Source of the DNA: Macrostomum lignano
Lineage: Eukaryota
Direction of reading: 5' to 3'
Assembly (NCBI GenBank): GCA_002269645.1
Contig: NIVC01001673.1
Span: forward strand, 188,632 to 252,631
DNA length: 64,000 nucleotides
Shown: positions 63,642-64,000 of the stretch, one piece after another
Layout: the number at the start of each line of letters is the position of its first letter
Position numbering within the stretch: the first letter of the stretch is position 1
Made by a program: the position numbers and the translations under genes
Notes under the pieces: model-generated
The model's input: the letters and a program-made list of their open reading frames with translations, nothing else
Database searches by the model: none
What the model was told of the DNA's origin: nothing

Positions 63642-64000
63642 AGCCCGGCATCCTTCAGGCGCTGCAGGACAGTCTCCAGATTCTCGAGGTGCTCAGCGTC
63701 ATTGGCGCCGGTCACCAACACGTCATCAATAAAGGTTGCCGTATGCTGTGCACCATGCAGCAGGCCGTCCATGGTTCTCTGGAAGATTCCAACTGCTGGT
63801 GAGATTCCAAATGGTAGCCTTGTATACCTCAGCAAACCCTTCGAGGTGTTGATGGTGCACAGGCACTGAGATCTTCGTCGAGAGGAAGCTGCATGTATGC
63901 CTGGCTGAGGTCCAGCTTGGTGAAATTTTGGCCGCCAGTGAGCTTGGCGAACAACTCCTCAATCCTTGGCAGCGGTAGCAGTCCATCTCCACGTCCTGGT
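63642..64000 (-). mobile_element. Ty3/gypsy reverse transcriptase fragment (runs off the window)
   Basis: LPRIEELFAKL..GQNFTKLDLSQAYMQL, TINTSKGLLRYTRLPFG, FQRTMD, FIDDVLV, with frameshifts. Confidence 0.9.

Overview
Eukaryotic (metazoan) genomic DNA with spliceosomal introns, GC3-rich exons, (GACA)n microsatellites and many minisatellites. The style suggests a free-living flatworm such as Macrostomum, but that is inference only. Bases 1-44398 form one giant inverted duplication centred on a 327-N gap (20745-21071). Each arm carries two S10 serine carboxypeptidase genes (A and B), a spliced ankyrin-repeat + Mab-21/cGAS-like nucleotidyltransferase gene, a disrupted EGFR/insulin-receptor-like L-domain locus, a tRNA-derived SINE and a DEG/ENaC channel. 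The inner ~10 kb of the arms are almost identical. The outer parts differ by substitutions, VNTR lengths and a 2.5-kb foldback-type transposon present only in the right arm. Right of the duplication lie an Olig-family bHLH gene, RPL27a (with a 3.8-kb minisatellite intron), eIF2A, an AT-rich block and a Ty3/gypsy relic interrupted by an APE-RT-RNase H non-LTR retrotransposon. The best leads are the ANK-cGLR fusion hidden by splicing, 15 in-frame tandem 5' splice donors in the ENaC gene, and the two-stratum palindrome. Scattered 1-bp homopolymer indels look like long-read consensus errors, so frameshifts are treated cautiously.
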